A DNA stretch of 64,000 nt from positions 133,007-197,006 of the forward strand of contig JAVZBY010000001.1 of NCBI GenBank assembly GCA_038874655.1. Reading direction: 5' to 3'. Position 1 is the first letter of the stretch. Every line of letters begins with the position of its first letter. Both the position numbers and the translations under genes were made by a program. The notes under the pieces are model-generated. The model did no database searches. It was not told the origin of the DNA and was given only the letters and a program-made list of their open reading frames with translations. Shown here in pieces: positions 27,758-38,572 of this stretch. The stretch comes from Candidatus Woesearchaeota archaeon. GTDB lineage: Archaea; Nanobdellota; Nanobdellia; Woesearchaeales; GW2011-AR15.

Positions 27758-30004
27758 ATGATTAAGAATTTTGTTCCTAGATTGTATCAAGAAACAATTT
27801 TAGCTAGTGCAATTGAAAAAAATACTTTGGTTGTTTTGCCAACTGGCTTAGGAAAAACTTTTATTTTTTTGTTGCTAAGTGCTCATAGATTAAAACTTTT
27901 TCCTGATTCTAAAATTTTATTTTTAGGTCCTACTAGACCTTTAATAAATCAATATTATCAAATATTTCTAAAACATTTTGAGATTGATAAAGAAAAATTA
28001 GCTGTTTTTACTGGACAAGTCAATCCTGAAAAAAGAGCATTACTTTGGGAAAAATGTAAAATTATCTTTTCAACACCACAAGGATTAGAAAATGATATTA
28101 TATCAAATAGAATTAATTTGGAAAATGTTTCTTTAATTGGTTTTGACGAGGCACATAGAGCAACTGGAAATTATGAATATGTTTGGATAGCTAATCAATA
28201 TGTTAAAAAAGCAAAAAATCCAAGAATTTTGGCTTTAACTGCTAGCCCTGGAAGTGATGTTGAAAAGATTTGGGAAATTTGTAAAAATTTATATATTGAA
28301 AATATTGAAATAAGAACTGAAAAAGATCCTGATGTAGCTTCATATGTGAAAAAGATAGATATAAAATGGATTTATGTTGAATTGCCGAAGTATTTTAAAG
28401 ACATAAAAAAGTATTTAGATGTTTGCTACAAAGAAAAATTTGAAGAATTGAAAAAATTAAATTCTGATTTTGATTTAAAAAATATAAAAACTAAAAGAGA
28501 TTTGTTAAAAATCCAATCAGAAATTTTATCTGAAATAGGAAAAGGAAATAGAGATTTTAATGTTATGAAATCTCTTTCTTTAATTGCTGAATTATTAAAG
28601 ATTGAACATGCTATAGAATTATTAGAAAGTCAAGGGATAAGTGCATTTTTAGAATTTATGGAATCTCTTGTTTCTAAAGCATCAAATACAAAAGTAATTG
28701 CAGTAAAAAATTTAGTTTCAAATTTAAATTTTAAAAGTGCATTAATTATTGCTAGAAGATTAAAAGAATTAAATATTGAACATCCTAAGTATGATGAATT
28801 GAAAAAAATTTTGCCTAATTATGTAAAAAATCAAAAAAAGGTTATTATTTTTAGTCAGTATAGAGATAATATTTCAAATCTAGAAAAAGTTGTAAATAAA
28901 ATAGAAGGTGTGAATGCAAAGTATTTTGTTGGACAACAAAAAAAGAAAAACACTGGAATGAGCCAAAAAGAACAAATCAAAGTTATAGAACAATTTAGAA
29001 ATAATGAATTTAATGTTTTAATTATGTCTAGTGTTGGTGAAGAGGGTTTAGATATTCCAAGTGTTGATTGTGTTATATTTTATGAACCAATTCCAAGTGC
29101 TATAAGAACTATACAAAGAAAAGGTAGAACTGGAAGGCAAGAAAAAGGTGAAGTTATTGTTTTAGTTACTAAAGGAACAAGAGATGAAGCATTTAGATGG
29201 GTAGCACATAATAAAGAAAAAAGAATGAAAGAGATTATTAAAGAATTAAAAAAGAAATTCACAAATAGTAAGATATCGATTAATAATGGTAGTTTGAATT
29301 CAAATTTAGATAATTTTTATATTAATAGTGAAAATAAAAAAATTAGTGATTTTTTATTTGAAAAAGAGGTTATTGTTTATGCTGATTTTAGAGAAAAAGG
29401 TTCTGGAGTAATTAAAAAATTGGTTGATTTAGGAATAAATGTTAAATTAACTACATTAGAAGTTGCTGATTATGTTTTAAGTGATAGATTGTGTATTGAA
29501 CATAAAACCATTGCTGATTTTGTTGATTCTTTATTAGATAAAAGAATTTTTTCACAATTAAAAGATATGAAAAAATATGAAAAACAAGTTTTAATTATTG
29601 AGGGTGAAGATGATATATTTAGTTTAAGAAATGTTCATCCAAATGCTATAAGAGGTTTAATTTCAATGATATGTGTTGATTATAGTGTGCCTATTATTTA
29701 TACTAAAAATTTTGAAGAAACTGCTTATATGATTGCAGTTATGGCTAAGAGAGAACAAGAAAATAATAACAATGGTTTTACTTTTCACACTTCTAAACCA
29801 TTGACATTAAAAGAACAACAAGAATATATTGTTTCATCTTTCCCTGGGATAGGAAGTATTCTAGCAAAACCTCTTTTAGATAAATTTAAAACTATAAAAA
29901 ATATAGTAAACGCAAGTGAAGACGAACTTAAAAGTGTTGATTTAATTGGTGATAAAAAGGCTTCTAAAATTAGAGAAGTTCTTGATAGTGAATATAAAGA
30001 TTAA
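27758..30004 (+). CDS. hef: Hef helicase-nuclease (FANCM/XPF-like)
   Basis: PRLYQ, LPTGLGKT, DEAH, TASPG, EEGLD, QRKGRTGR; C-terminal ERCC4 and HhH domains. Confidence 0.95.
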   Translation: MIKNFVPRLYQETILASAIEKNTLVVLPTGLGKTFIFLLLSAHRLKLFPDSKILFLGPTRPLINQYYQIFLKHFEIDKEKLAVFTGQVNPEKRALLWEKCKIIFSTPQGLENDIISNRINLENVSLIGFDEAHRATGNYEYVWIANQYVKKAKNPRILALTASPGSDVEKIWEICKNLYIENIEIRTEKDPDVASYVKKIDIKWIYVELPKYFKDIKKYLDVCYKEKFEELKKLNSDFDLKNIKTKRDLLKIQSEILSEIGKGNRDFNVMKSLSLIAELLKIEHAIELLESQGISAFLEFMESLVSKASNTKVIAVKNLVSNLNFKSALIIARRLKELNIEHPKYDELKKILPNYVKNQKKVIIFSQYRDNISNLEKVVNKIEGVNAKYFVGQQKKKNTGMSQKEQIKVIEQFRNNEFNVLIMSSVGEEGLDIPSVDCVIFYEPIPSAIRTIQRKGRTGRQEKGEVIVLVTKGTRDEAFRWVAHNKEKRMKEIIKELKKKFTNSKISINNGSLNSNLDNFYINSENKKISDFLFEKEVIVYADFREKGSGVIKKLVDLGINVKLTTLEVADYVLSDRLCIEHKTIADFVDSLLDKRIFSQLKDMKKYEKQVLIIEGEDDIFSLRNVHPNAIRGLISMICVDYSVPIIYTKNFEETAYMIAVMAKREQENNNNGFTFHTSKPLTLKEQQEYIVSSFPGIGSILAKPLLDKFKTIKNIVNASEDELKSVDLIGDKKASKIREVLDSEYKD

Positions 30005-30119
30005 TACATTAAAATTGATTAATATATTAAAGAGTATATATTTTTATGCTTAAAATGCTAAATAAACTAATTAAATGAAATAAAAAAACTTATAAAGTTT
30101 ATTTATATAATTTTTTAAT

Positions 30120-31052
30120 ATGGATAGTTTTTATGTTTATTTGAAAAAGCAATTACTAAATTATGTAGAAGCAGAACATAAAAAAGGCATTCCTTTAGAG
30201 GTTATTGAAAATAATTTGCTGAATGCTGGCCATGACAAAAACATTATCGATGAGGTTTTAATTGAAATAAAAAAAGAAGAAAAAGGTAAAAAGGTTGTTG
30301 AAAGTAAAGATCCTGTGAAAAAAGAACTTAATTCTAATTTGAAAGAAAGTATAGTAAATTTTTTCGGTAAAGAAAAAATAAATAATGAAAAGAAAAAAGA
30401 AGAAGTAAAAAAAGAGATTGAAGAGATAAAAGAAAAATCTGATAATATTATTAATGAAGTAATTGAAGAAGCTGAAGTAATTGAAGAACAAAAAATTTTG
30501 GAAGGAATTGCCTTTTTCATTTATTTAATTTTATTAGGTATTATTATTGTTTTGATAGCAGGTTATTCTAACTCTGAAATAGTTAATGTTTTTTTTGGAT
30601 TTCTGCCAACGATTATTAATTCATTTGTTTCTTTGTATTTAGTTTTTTTATCAGATAATCTTCCATTATATATGATTATTCCTTTGTTAATAAGTGGTCT
30701 TTTTTATGTTATTGGAAAATTCGCAAATCTTTCTTTATTTAGTGGAATGACATTAGAACCATTGGCAAGTATTAATTTTATTTTTTCATTTATATATAAT
30801 TTTTTATTAACATATGTAAGATCTGTTAAACCTAATTTTATGAAAAAAAGAATTGTGAAAAAGAATTTGATTAATAAGAATGAAAAAGGCAAAGAAAAAA
30901 TTGATGAAAAAAAAGAAGAAATTAAACATGAGGTAAAAAGTAATGTGAATGAAACTAATATAAATCAAAATAATATAAAATTTGATAATATTTATTCTCA
31001 TAAAGAAAGAAAAGAAATTAGTGATTTAAAAAAAGAGTTTAATATAAAATAG
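30120..31052 (+). CDS. Membrane protein of unknown function
   Basis: Charged N-terminal domain, about four central TM helices, charged tail. Confidence 0.7.
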   Translation: MDSFYVYLKKQLLNYVEAEHKKGIPLEVIENNLLNAGHDKNIIDEVLIEIKKEEKGKKVVESKDPVKKELNSNLKESIVNFFGKEKINNEKKKEEVKKEIEEIKEKSDNIINEVIEEAEVIEEQKILEGIAFFIYLILLGIIIVLIAGYSNSEIVNVFFGFLPTIINSFVSLYLVFLSDNLPLYMIIPLLISGLFYVIGKFANLSLFSGMTLEPLASINFIFSFIYNFLLTYVRSVKPNFMKKRIVKKNLINKNEKGKEKIDEKKEEIKHEVKSNVNETNINQNNIKFDNIYSHKERKEISDLKKEFNIK

Positions 31053-31079
31053 AATTACAAAAAAATTAGATTCTAAGTT

Positions 31080-33386
31080 TTATTTGTTTTGGTTGTTTGT
31101 GTTGTTTAAGGGTTTTGTAAATCTACATTTTGGAAATCTATTACAAGCCAAGAATTTTCCGTAGATGCTTTGTCTTATTACCATTGTTCCTTCCTTACAT
31201 AAAGGACATTTTTCATGTGTTAAATTGTTTTCTTCAATTTTATTAGTGTCTTTATGAGAAGAAACATCTTTTATATTTTTTTTAATTGGGGTTGATTTTT
31301 TTGAGTCATCTATTTTTGTCAATTGAAGATTATTATTAAAAGCAATATTATCTTTTGAAGGACATTTTGGATTTATGCAAATTTTTTGTTTGTTTTTTGA
31401 AGAAGATATTTCTATAATTGGATAATTACATGAAGAACACAACTCTGTTGTTGATTTTATTAATTTACTATTTTGTGGTATAGAGAATATTGTTTTACAA
31501 TCTGGATATCTGTCGCAAGCAATAAATCTTGAATTATTTTTTTTGTTATTAATTATCCTTAAATTTCCTTCTTTACAAACAGGACATTTGCCAATGAAAT
31601 TTTTTTTTTCCTCGCTTTCTTTTATTGCTTTTGCAAGTAATTCCCCTATTTTTGCTTCATTTTTTTTAAAATCATCCAATATTTTTGTTAATTCTTTTTT
31701 TGCCCGATCTAATACAGAATTTGGTTCTATTTTTTGTTCCCTTATTTTTTCCATGTCTATTTCAAATTCTCTTGTTAATTCTTCGTCTAATATCTCTGGG
31801 CAATATTTTTCCAATGTTTCAATTGTTTTTAACCCTATTTTTGTTACTTCTATTTTTTGATTTATTATATAACCACTTTTATATAACTTTTCTATTACTT
31901 CTGCTCTTGTTGATTTGGTTCCTAAATTTCTAGATTCTAACTCTTTTATTAAAGAAGCTTGATTATATCTTTTTGGTGGTTGTGTTTCTTTTTCAAGTTT
32001 GTCTATTTTTTTTATATATACTATTTCTTTGAAATCAACTTTAGGCAATTCTTCTTCTTTTATTTTTACATATGGTTCATAATAAATGTGCCATCCTTTT
32101 TCTTTTGTTATTGTGCCTTTTGCAATAAAATTTTCTTTTTCTATATCTATTGTTATAGTTTGTGTTTCTCTAATTGCTGGATCACCAAATGTTGCAAAAA
32201 ATCTCTTAACAATTAAGTCATATAATTTTTGTAAATTTTTATCTAAATTTTCAGGAATTATTCCTGTTGGATAAATTGCAGGATGTGCCGGATCTGTTTT
32301 TTTACCATTATTGGGTTTTAGATTCTTATTTAAAAGTGATTTTGCAAAAGTATAGTTTGGATTATTTGTTAATGAAGCTATTATTTTTTTATAACCGATT
32401 TTTTCATTAAGTTGTTGGCTACTTGTTCTAGGATAAGAAATATAACCTCTTGTATAAAGCTCTTGTGCATATTCTAATGTTTTTGATGGCGTAAATCCAA
32501 AAACAGAATAAGCTTCTGTTTGTAAAGTTGTTAAATCAAAAGGGTTTGGTGCTAATTGTTTTGCTTCTGTTTTTTTTATTTCTTTTATAATGCCATTTTT
32601 TCCTTTTATTTTTTTTATGATATCATCAACTTCATTTTCCTGCCAAAAAACATCTTTTTCATGTGTCGCTTTAATAGATCCATTTTTAACATTTCCTAAA
32701 ATAGTTAATTGCCAATATTTTTGTGGTTTAAAGTTTTGTATTTCTTTTTCTCTCTCTACTAATATTTTTAAAGTCGGTCCTTGTACTCTACCAATTGAGA
32801 TAGTTGTATATGCTTTATTTTTTCTTATTGCTAGTGTTAATGCTCTAGTTAGATTTATACCATACATCCAATCTAAGAAATGTCTTACTTCACCTGCTTT
32901 AGCTTGACCAACAACAATAGAATTTAATATATTTTCATATGATTCAATTAAATCTGGTTTTGTTAATGCAGAAAATTTCATTCTTTTTGCTTGATTTTGA
33001 TTACAAATAAATCTTAATATGTTATAACCTATAAGTTCTCCTTCTATATCAAAATCACAAGCTATTACAAAAGAATTTGAGGTTTTTGCTTTTTCTTTTA
33101 TTAAATCAGCATATTTTTTAACATATTGTGCTTTTTTATCCTCTTCATAGACAGGTTTCCAGATTAAATCAAACGATGGATACTTAAAAGATTTGTATCT
33201 TTCTGCAACAGTGAATATATGACCTACCGCAGGAACAATTGTTATATTCTTATTACCTCTCTTTATACTATAATAAACAACATCTCCTTGCTTTTTATAT
33301 TCTATTTTTGATTCTGATAATGCTTCTGCTAATTTTTTTGCTGCTGAAGGTTTTTCTGTTATTATAAGTTCATTTATTAAAGTCAT
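31080..33386 (-). CDS. topA: DNA topoisomerase IA
   Basis: TEKPS, D.DIEGE, GRVQ, ISYPRT (catalytic Tyr), AHPAIYPT; C-terminal Zn ribbons. Confidence 0.96.
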   Translation of the reverse strand: MTLINELIITEKPSAAKKLAEALSESKIEYKKQGDVVYYSIKRGNKNITIVPAVGHIFTVAERYKSFKYPSFDLIWKPVYEEDKKAQYVKKYADLIKEKAKTSNSFVIACDFDIEGELIGYNILRFICNQNQAKRMKFSALTKPDLIESYENILNSIVVGQAKAGEVRHFLDWMYGINLTRALTLAIRKNKAYTTISIGRVQGPTLKILVEREKEIQNFKPQKYWQLTILGNVKNGSIKATHEKDVFWQENEVDDIIKKIKGKNGIIKEIKKTEAKQLAPNPFDLTTLQTEAYSVFGFTPSKTLEYAQELYTRGYISYPRTSSQQLNEKIGYKKIIASLTNNPNYTFAKSLLNKNLKPNNGKKTDPAHPAIYPTGIIPENLDKNLQKLYDLIVKRFFATFGDPAIRETQTITIDIEKENFIAKGTITKEKGWHIYYEPYVKIKEEELPKVDFKEIVYIKKIDKLEKETQPPKRYNQASLIKELESRNLGTKSTRAEVIEKLYKSGYIINQKIEVTKIGLKTIETLEKYCPEILDEELTREFEIDMEKIREQKIEPNSVLDRAKKELTKILDDFKKNEAKIGELLAKAIKESEEKKNFIGKCPVCKEGNLRIINNKKNNSRFIACDRYPDCKTIFSIPQNSKLIKSTTELCSSCNYPIIEISSSKNKQKICINPKCPSKDNIAFNNNLQLTKIDDSKKSTPIKKNIKDVSSHKDTNKIEENNLTHEKCPLCKEGTMVIRQSIYGKFLACNRFPKCRFTKPLNNTNNQNK

Positions 33387-33544
33387 CTGATATTGGAATT
33401 TTATTTGTGTATAAAAAAATTTGTATTTCGTAAAAAGATTTTTTTAATTGATTATAAACATCTTAAATAATAAACACCTTAATCTTTTTTAAATATAAAT
33501 TAGCAAAATCAATTTAAAAGGATTAATATTTTATAAAAATAAAT

Positions 33545-34723
33545 ATGAAAGAGATTATAGAAAAAATAACAAAAATTTTAGAACAAAACAATAATTTTGA
33601 AAAAGAAATAAAAATCAATAAAATAGAAGATATGCATGAAATTGTATATAATGATGAGGGTAAATCAATAAAAATAAAAAAAAATAATTTTTTTAGACTC
33701 AACTTTAACATAAATAGTAAGGAAAAAGAAAATATTTTATCAAAAAAAATTGCTTTTGTTGATGGTGGTTTTTGTGAAATTTTGAAAACTAATGTTCTGG
33801 GTGTTTTTTTTAACAGAATATATTATACAATATATCAAAATAATAAAAGGATTAGTAATGGTTTTTGTGAATTTTATTCATATGTTAGTCCTTATTTTTT
33901 TAATGATAAAAATAAAAAAGAAAACAAAAAGGATGAAGATAATTTAGTTATAGATTTTGTAGGGGAAAAAGAAAACTTTTATTTCAATGTTGATTTATTT
34001 TTTAACGAAGAAAAGAATATGTATATTTTTAATGATATAAATTTAAGATTTAATGCTTTTGACAAAAAAATTTCTATAAATAATAAATTTTCTGATATCT
34101 CTTTAATAGGAAATGCTGTCCGAAGGTTTGCTGAATTATTAACTATTAAAAATATTAATGCTGATTATATTGTTATAGATGGCTCTTTTGATATAAACTA
34201 TCCTAATGAAGAAGATATAATAAACAATGTCTTAAAAGAATCTTGTGAAAAAAATAAAATATTAATAGGATTATCAAAAAGTAATAGTTTTTTTACTAAA
34301 TTTGGTTTGCCTTTGAATTATTTTATTTTAAATGAAAGCAAGAAATTAGAAATCAATAAGTTTATTTATTATTTAGATAAAAACCAATTTTCTGATATTT
34401 TTTTTGTTAAATTAAATGAAAATAGTGATTTTGTCTTTAGAATGGATATTTGTAATTCAAAAAATATTCTATTAGATGATAATAATTATAATATTTTATT
34501 AGATAATATTTATTTTTTATTGCATGAGAATAGTAAAGATCCTATTTTTTTAGGATACCCTTATGGGTTAATTGAAGCTGATATGTTTGCAAGAATAAGT
34601 AATAAAGAAAAAGAATTTTTAACTTTTAAGTTTTTTTCTAATTTCGGTAATTTTGGAAAAGAATTAAAAAAATTATATGCAATAAATAATACACATGATA
34701 TCTTAGATAATTTGAGATTTTAG
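33545..34723 (+). CDS. nurA: NurA-family nuclease
   Basis: FVDGG, RRFAEL, IDGS, GLSKS, GYPYGLIEAD..ARI. Confidence 0.88.
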   Translation: MKEIIEKITKILEQNNNFEKEIKINKIEDMHEIVYNDEGKSIKIKKNNFFRLNFNINSKEKENILSKKIAFVDGGFCEILKTNVLGVFFNRIYYTIYQNNKRISNGFCEFYSYVSPYFFNDKNKKENKKDEDNLVIDFVGEKENFYFNVDLFFNEEKNMYIFNDINLRFNAFDKKISINNKFSDISLIGNAVRRFAELLTIKNINADYIVIDGSFDINYPNEEDIINNVLKESCEKNKILIGLSKSNSFFTKFGLPLNYFILNESKKLEINKFIYYLDKNQFSDIFFVKLNENSDFVFRMDICNSKNILLDDNNYNILLDNIYFLLHENSKDPIFLGYPYGLIEADMFARISNKEKEFLTFKFFSNFGNFGKELKKLYAINNTHDILDNLRF

Positions 34724-34779
34724 TTTATAATAGCAAATAAAATTCTATTATAAAAAATATGAAGCAAAAATAAAAAAAG

Positions 34780-34845
34780 TGTACGCTCGGTAGTTACTAC
34801 CTTCGGTCATTAAATCCCTGGGTGTTCACTTCGTCATCGCGTACA
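34780..34845 (-). ncRNA. Probable box C/D guide sRNA
   Basis: Terminal stem TGTACGC/GCGTACA; C-like ATGACGA, 12-nt spacer, GGGA, C'-like ATGACCGA, 12-nt spacer, D-like CCGA; TTTAAATA upstream and T tract downstream. Confidence 0.7.
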
Positions 34846-34924
34846 ATTAAGAGAAAGTAAATTATATTTAAATCCATATCTAAATTTAATTTTTAAATTG
34901 CAGAAATAAAAAAACTATACATAA

Positions 34925-36052
34925 TTAACCAAAAATATTTAGAAATTCTTCATTTGGAACTTCTTTTACTTTTTTAATAGCATTAATAAAATCGCTTTCT
35001 ATTACATAAGTTCTATTTCCTCTTATTGCAAAGTAGCCAGCTTCAGTACAAACAGCTTTAATTTCAGCACCTGAAAAACCAATCATTCTATTTACTATTT
35101 TATTTATATTTGTATTTACAATTTTCATATTTCTCGTGTGTATTTCAAATATTTGTTTTATACCTTCTTTATTTGGAAGAGGAACATAAATTAATCTATC
35201 TAATCTTCCTGGCCTAGTAATAGCTGGATCTAAAATATCTCTTCTATTAGTACATCCAATAATTTTTACATCTCCCAAAGCACAAAAACCATCAATTTCA
35301 GCCAATAATTGCATAAATGTTCTTTGTACTTCTCTTTCACCAGATGTTCCAATATCTACTCTTATAGAAGCTAATGCATCAAGTTCATCTATAAAAATAA
35401 TAGAAGGAGATTTTTCCTTTGCTAATTCAAAAATCTCCTTCACAAGTTTGGCCCCTTCCCCAATGAATTTTTGAACTAATTCAGAAGCAACAACTTCAAT
35501 GAATGTGCTATTTGTAGAATTTGCAACAGCTTTAGCCAATAATGTTTTTCCTGTTCCAGGCTCACCATAAAGTAAAATTCCCTTTGGAGGAGTTATTCCT
35601 AATTTTTTAAACAACTCTGGTTTTTTAAGAGGCAATTCAACAACTTCTTTTATTTCATTAATTTGTTCTTTTAAGCCACCAATATCTTCAAACTTAACAT
35701 TAGGTTTTTCAATAATTACAAATTGTTCTACATTAAAATTTTTATTTTTATCTAACTTTTTTAATATGTTCAAATTTTTTTGATCAACTAAAACAGTATC
35801 TCCTGGTTTTAAATTTTTACATGAATCAGAAATGCAAACATAAAATTGATTTCCATTTGGTATTTTTATAATGGCATTTTTATGATCAATAATCTCTTTT
35901 AACTCACAAACCATTAAAGGTGGTGTTCTTAATCTTTCAATTTCGTTTCTTAAATGCACAATTGTTTCTTTCAGAATTCTATTTTCTTCCTCTAAATCAG
36001 ATGAGGGATAGAAAACTAAATTTTGAACTTCTTTACTGCTATTTCCCTCCAT
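34925..36052 (-). CDS. pan: Proteasome-activating nucleotidase
   Basis: Coiled coil and OB domain; DIGGL, GEPGTGKT, KFIGEGA, REVQRT, RPGRLDR; C-terminal IFG; start taken at MEGN. Confidence 0.94.
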   Translation of the reverse strand: MEGNSSKEVQNLVFYPSSDLEEENRILKETIVHLRNEIERLRTPPLMVCELKEIIDHKNAIIKIPNGNQFYVCISDSCKNLKPGDTVLVDQKNLNILKKLDKNKNFNVEQFVIIEKPNVKFEDIGGLKEQINEIKEVVELPLKKPELFKKLGITPPKGILLYGEPGTGKTLLAKAVANSTNSTFIEVVASELVQKFIGEGAKLVKEIFELAKEKSPSIIFIDELDALASIRVDIGTSGEREVQRTFMQLLAEIDGFCALGDVKIIGCTNRRDILDPAITRPGRLDRLIYVPLPNKEGIKQIFEIHTRNMKIVNTNINKIVNRMIGFSGAEIKAVCTEAGYFAIRGNRTYVIESDFINAIKKVKEVPNEEFLNIFG

Positions 36053-36115
36053 AATGATATAATAGAATAAAAAATGCATTAATAAAGATTTTGGATTTTT
36101 TAGTCAACAAATTTT

Positions 36116-37228
36116 TTAATATCTACTTTTTATTTTTGAATTTTTTAAATTATTTTTTATAATTATTAATTCTTTTTTTGATTTTGTTAATACTTCAATT
36201 TTATTTTTTCTATAAACTATTGTATCCTCTATTCTTATTCCGTATTTATTTGGAAAATATATTCCAGGCTCAATAGTAAAAACAACATTATCTTTAATTA
36301 TATTTTTATCATCCAGATTTAAAGAAGGACTTTCATGAATATCTAATCCGACACCATGTCCTAATGAATGCGTAAAAAACTTAGATTTTTCATCTAAAAT
36401 TTTTATTGCTTTTTCATAAATTTTTGAAAATTTTTTTTCTTTCAAAACACTTTTTTCACATTCAATAATTGTTTTTAAAACTAAATTATAATTTTCAATT
36501 TCATCTTTTTTTGGATTCCCAATGTAAATCATTCTAGTCATATCTGAACAATATTCATTAAATTTAGCACCAAAATCTAACAATAAAAATCCATCCTTTA
36601 TCCTACAATCTTTTTCATTATTATAATGTGCCATTGAACTATTTTTTCCAGACGCAACAATAGGCTCAAAAGATAAATCACAATTATTTTTTCTAATTTC
36701 AAACTCAATAAATCTTTTTAATTCTTTTTCAGTTTTAAAATTAAAATTTTTACAAATTTTATTAAAAACAATATCAACAACACTACAAGCTTTTTTTATT
36801 AATCTTATTTCATTTTCATCTTTTATTTGCCTAAGCTCATTAAAAATTTTTTCAGCATCTTCAAAATAAACACCATTAAAATTCTTGCTAAAATAATTTC
36901 TTAATTTTTTATAAATTATAACATTAGTTTCATACATATCAAAAGCAACTTTTTTCAATTCTTTATTTCTAATTAAATATAATAAAGTGTCTAGCATTCT
37001 TTTTTTTCTCTCAGCTTTATAAACTTTTTTAAAAACATTTTTTGCTTTTTCATATTCCATTTCAGGCACAATTAAAAAAGAATTATCCTTTAAAACGCAA
37101 AAAATACCAATACCTTTGTAATTAGTAAAATAGAATATATTTTTGTTAAAATCAACATCAAAAGAAAAAACTAGAACAACATCAATATTTTTTTTAATCA
37201 TTATTTCTTGCAATCTTTTAATTCGCAT
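36116..37228 (-). CDS. pepQ: Xaa-Pro peptidase (M24)
   Basis: DFG...YCSDMTR, HSLGHGVGLDIHE.P, TIEPGIY, GIRIED. Confidence 0.92.
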   Translation of the reverse strand: MRIKRLQEIMIKKNIDVVLVFSFDVDFNKNIFYFTNYKGIGIFCVLKDNSFLIVPEMEYEKAKNVFKKVYKAERKKRMLDTLLYLIRNKELKKVAFDMYETNVIIYKKLRNYFSKNFNGVYFEDAEKIFNELRQIKDENEIRLIKKACSVVDIVFNKICKNFNFKTEKELKRFIEFEIRKNNCDLSFEPIVASGKNSSMAHYNNEKDCRIKDGFLLLDFGAKFNEYCSDMTRMIYIGNPKKDEIENYNLVLKTIIECEKSVLKEKKFSKIYEKAIKILDEKSKFFTHSLGHGVGLDIHESPSLNLDDKNIIKDNVVFTIEPGIYFPNKYGIRIEDTIVYRKNKIEVLTKSKKELIIIKNNLKNSKIKSRY

Positions 37229-37297
37229 TAAAAATTTAAAGTTATTTTAATTAATAAATTTTATTTTTTAATATTAAAAGATAAAAAAGAAAAAAAA

Positions 37298-37444
37298 TTA
37301 ACTAACAACAAACAAAATAATTACAATAATTAACAAAACAAAAAGAAAAACATTCATAAAGTCAATATTGCTCTCTTTTTTCATAGAAAGCTTTTGTTTT
37401 TTGTTTCTTTTTATATATAAACCTTGTCTACTATATTGAATCAT
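37298..37444 (-). CDS. Possible 48-aa tail-anchored membrane peptide (absent from ORF track)
   Basis: MIQYSRQGLYIKRNKKQKLSMKKESNIDFMNVFLFVLLIIVIILFVVS*; fills the intergenic gap. Confidence 0.45.
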   Translation of the reverse strand: MIQYSRQGLYIKRNKKQKLSMKKESNIDFMNVFLFVLLIIVIILFVVS

Positions 37445-37537
37445 TTATAAAAAAATATGAATAAATAAATGATTTAAATATATTACGATTTTTATTTTAC
37501 ATAACCTATACTATTATCTATATTTTAAAAATTATTT

Positions 37538-38518
37538 TTATAAAGTTTCTTTTTTAACTATTAATGGATTTACCTTAGAAAATTTTAATAATTCTTCCCA
37601 AGTTAATAAACCTTTTTTAGCACCTTTCTCAGAAATCACTGATTCTGCCTGTTTTGTTCCTAATTTTAAACTTTCTTCAATGTTTTTTCCTTTTATTAAG
37701 CAAGCTAAAAAAGTTGAAGCAAATGCATCTCCTGCTCCTGTAGTTTCAGTAGATTTAACATGATTTGGTATAACCTGATAAAAATAATTATTATTTATAG
37801 TATATGAACCATTTTTTCCATCAGTTATAATCACAACTTTTGGTCCAAAATTCATCAAATCTAGAATTAGTTTTTTAATCTCATGATTTCCTGCTAAAAG
37901 CATTGCTTCTTCCTTATTTAATACAAGCAAATAAGTTCTAGACAAAACTTCTTTTAAATAAATGCTACCTTTTTCTGCTAAATAATTACTAGGATTAAAA
38001 GCAATTTTAATATTATTTTTTTCTGCATATTCTGCTAATTTTTCTAAAGTTTTATATGATTCATTAACCATACTAGAAAAATAAAACCACTTTGTTTTCA
38101 ATTTTTTTGTATCTATTTCTTTAAAATATAAGAAATCATTAACTCCTTTATATGTTAAAATTGTTCTATCTCCTTCTAGGCTATCTAAAATTATAGAATA
38201 ACCTGACATTCCTTTTGCTTTTAGTCCAATAAACTTAACTTTTTCTTTTTTTAGTTCTTTTAAAATCATAGTACTATTTGTATCATTTCCAATTTTTCCT
38301 AAATATGCAACTTTTAATCCTGCTTTAGATAAAGAAACTGCTGTGTTTGTGCCACCTCCTCCAGACAAAAAAACTAAATCTTCAATTAAAATCTTGCTTC
38401 CTGAGGGATATGCAATTAATTCTTGTGTTTCTTTCAAAGATTTTATTTTAATAAATTCAGAAACAACCTTAGCAAAAACATCAATAGTAGATGAGCCAAC
38501 TGTTATAACATCGTACAT
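37538..38518 (-). CDS. PfkB/ribokinase-family carbohydrate or nucleoside kinase
   Basis: GGGGTNTAV, GKIGND, NKEEA, ETTGAGDAF. Confidence 0.92.
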   Translation of the reverse strand: MYDVITVGSSTIDVFAKVVSEFIKIKSLKETQELIAYPSGSKILIEDLVFLSGGGGTNTAVSLSKAGLKVAYLGKIGNDTNSTMILKELKKEKVKFIGLKAKGMSGYSIILDSLEGDRTILTYKGVNDFLYFKEIDTKKLKTKWFYFSSMVNESYKTLEKLAEYAEKNNIKIAFNPSNYLAEKGSIYLKEVLSRTYLLVLNKEEAMLLAGNHEIKKLILDLMNFGPKVVIITDGKNGSYTINNNYFYQVIPNHVKSTETTGAGDAFASTFLACLIKGKNIEESLKLGTKQAESVISEKGAKKGLLTWEELLKFSKVNPLIVKKETL

Positions 38519-38572
38519 TTTGAATTTATAATGAGATTCATAATTTATAAATTTTTTTGATTTTTACTTTTG

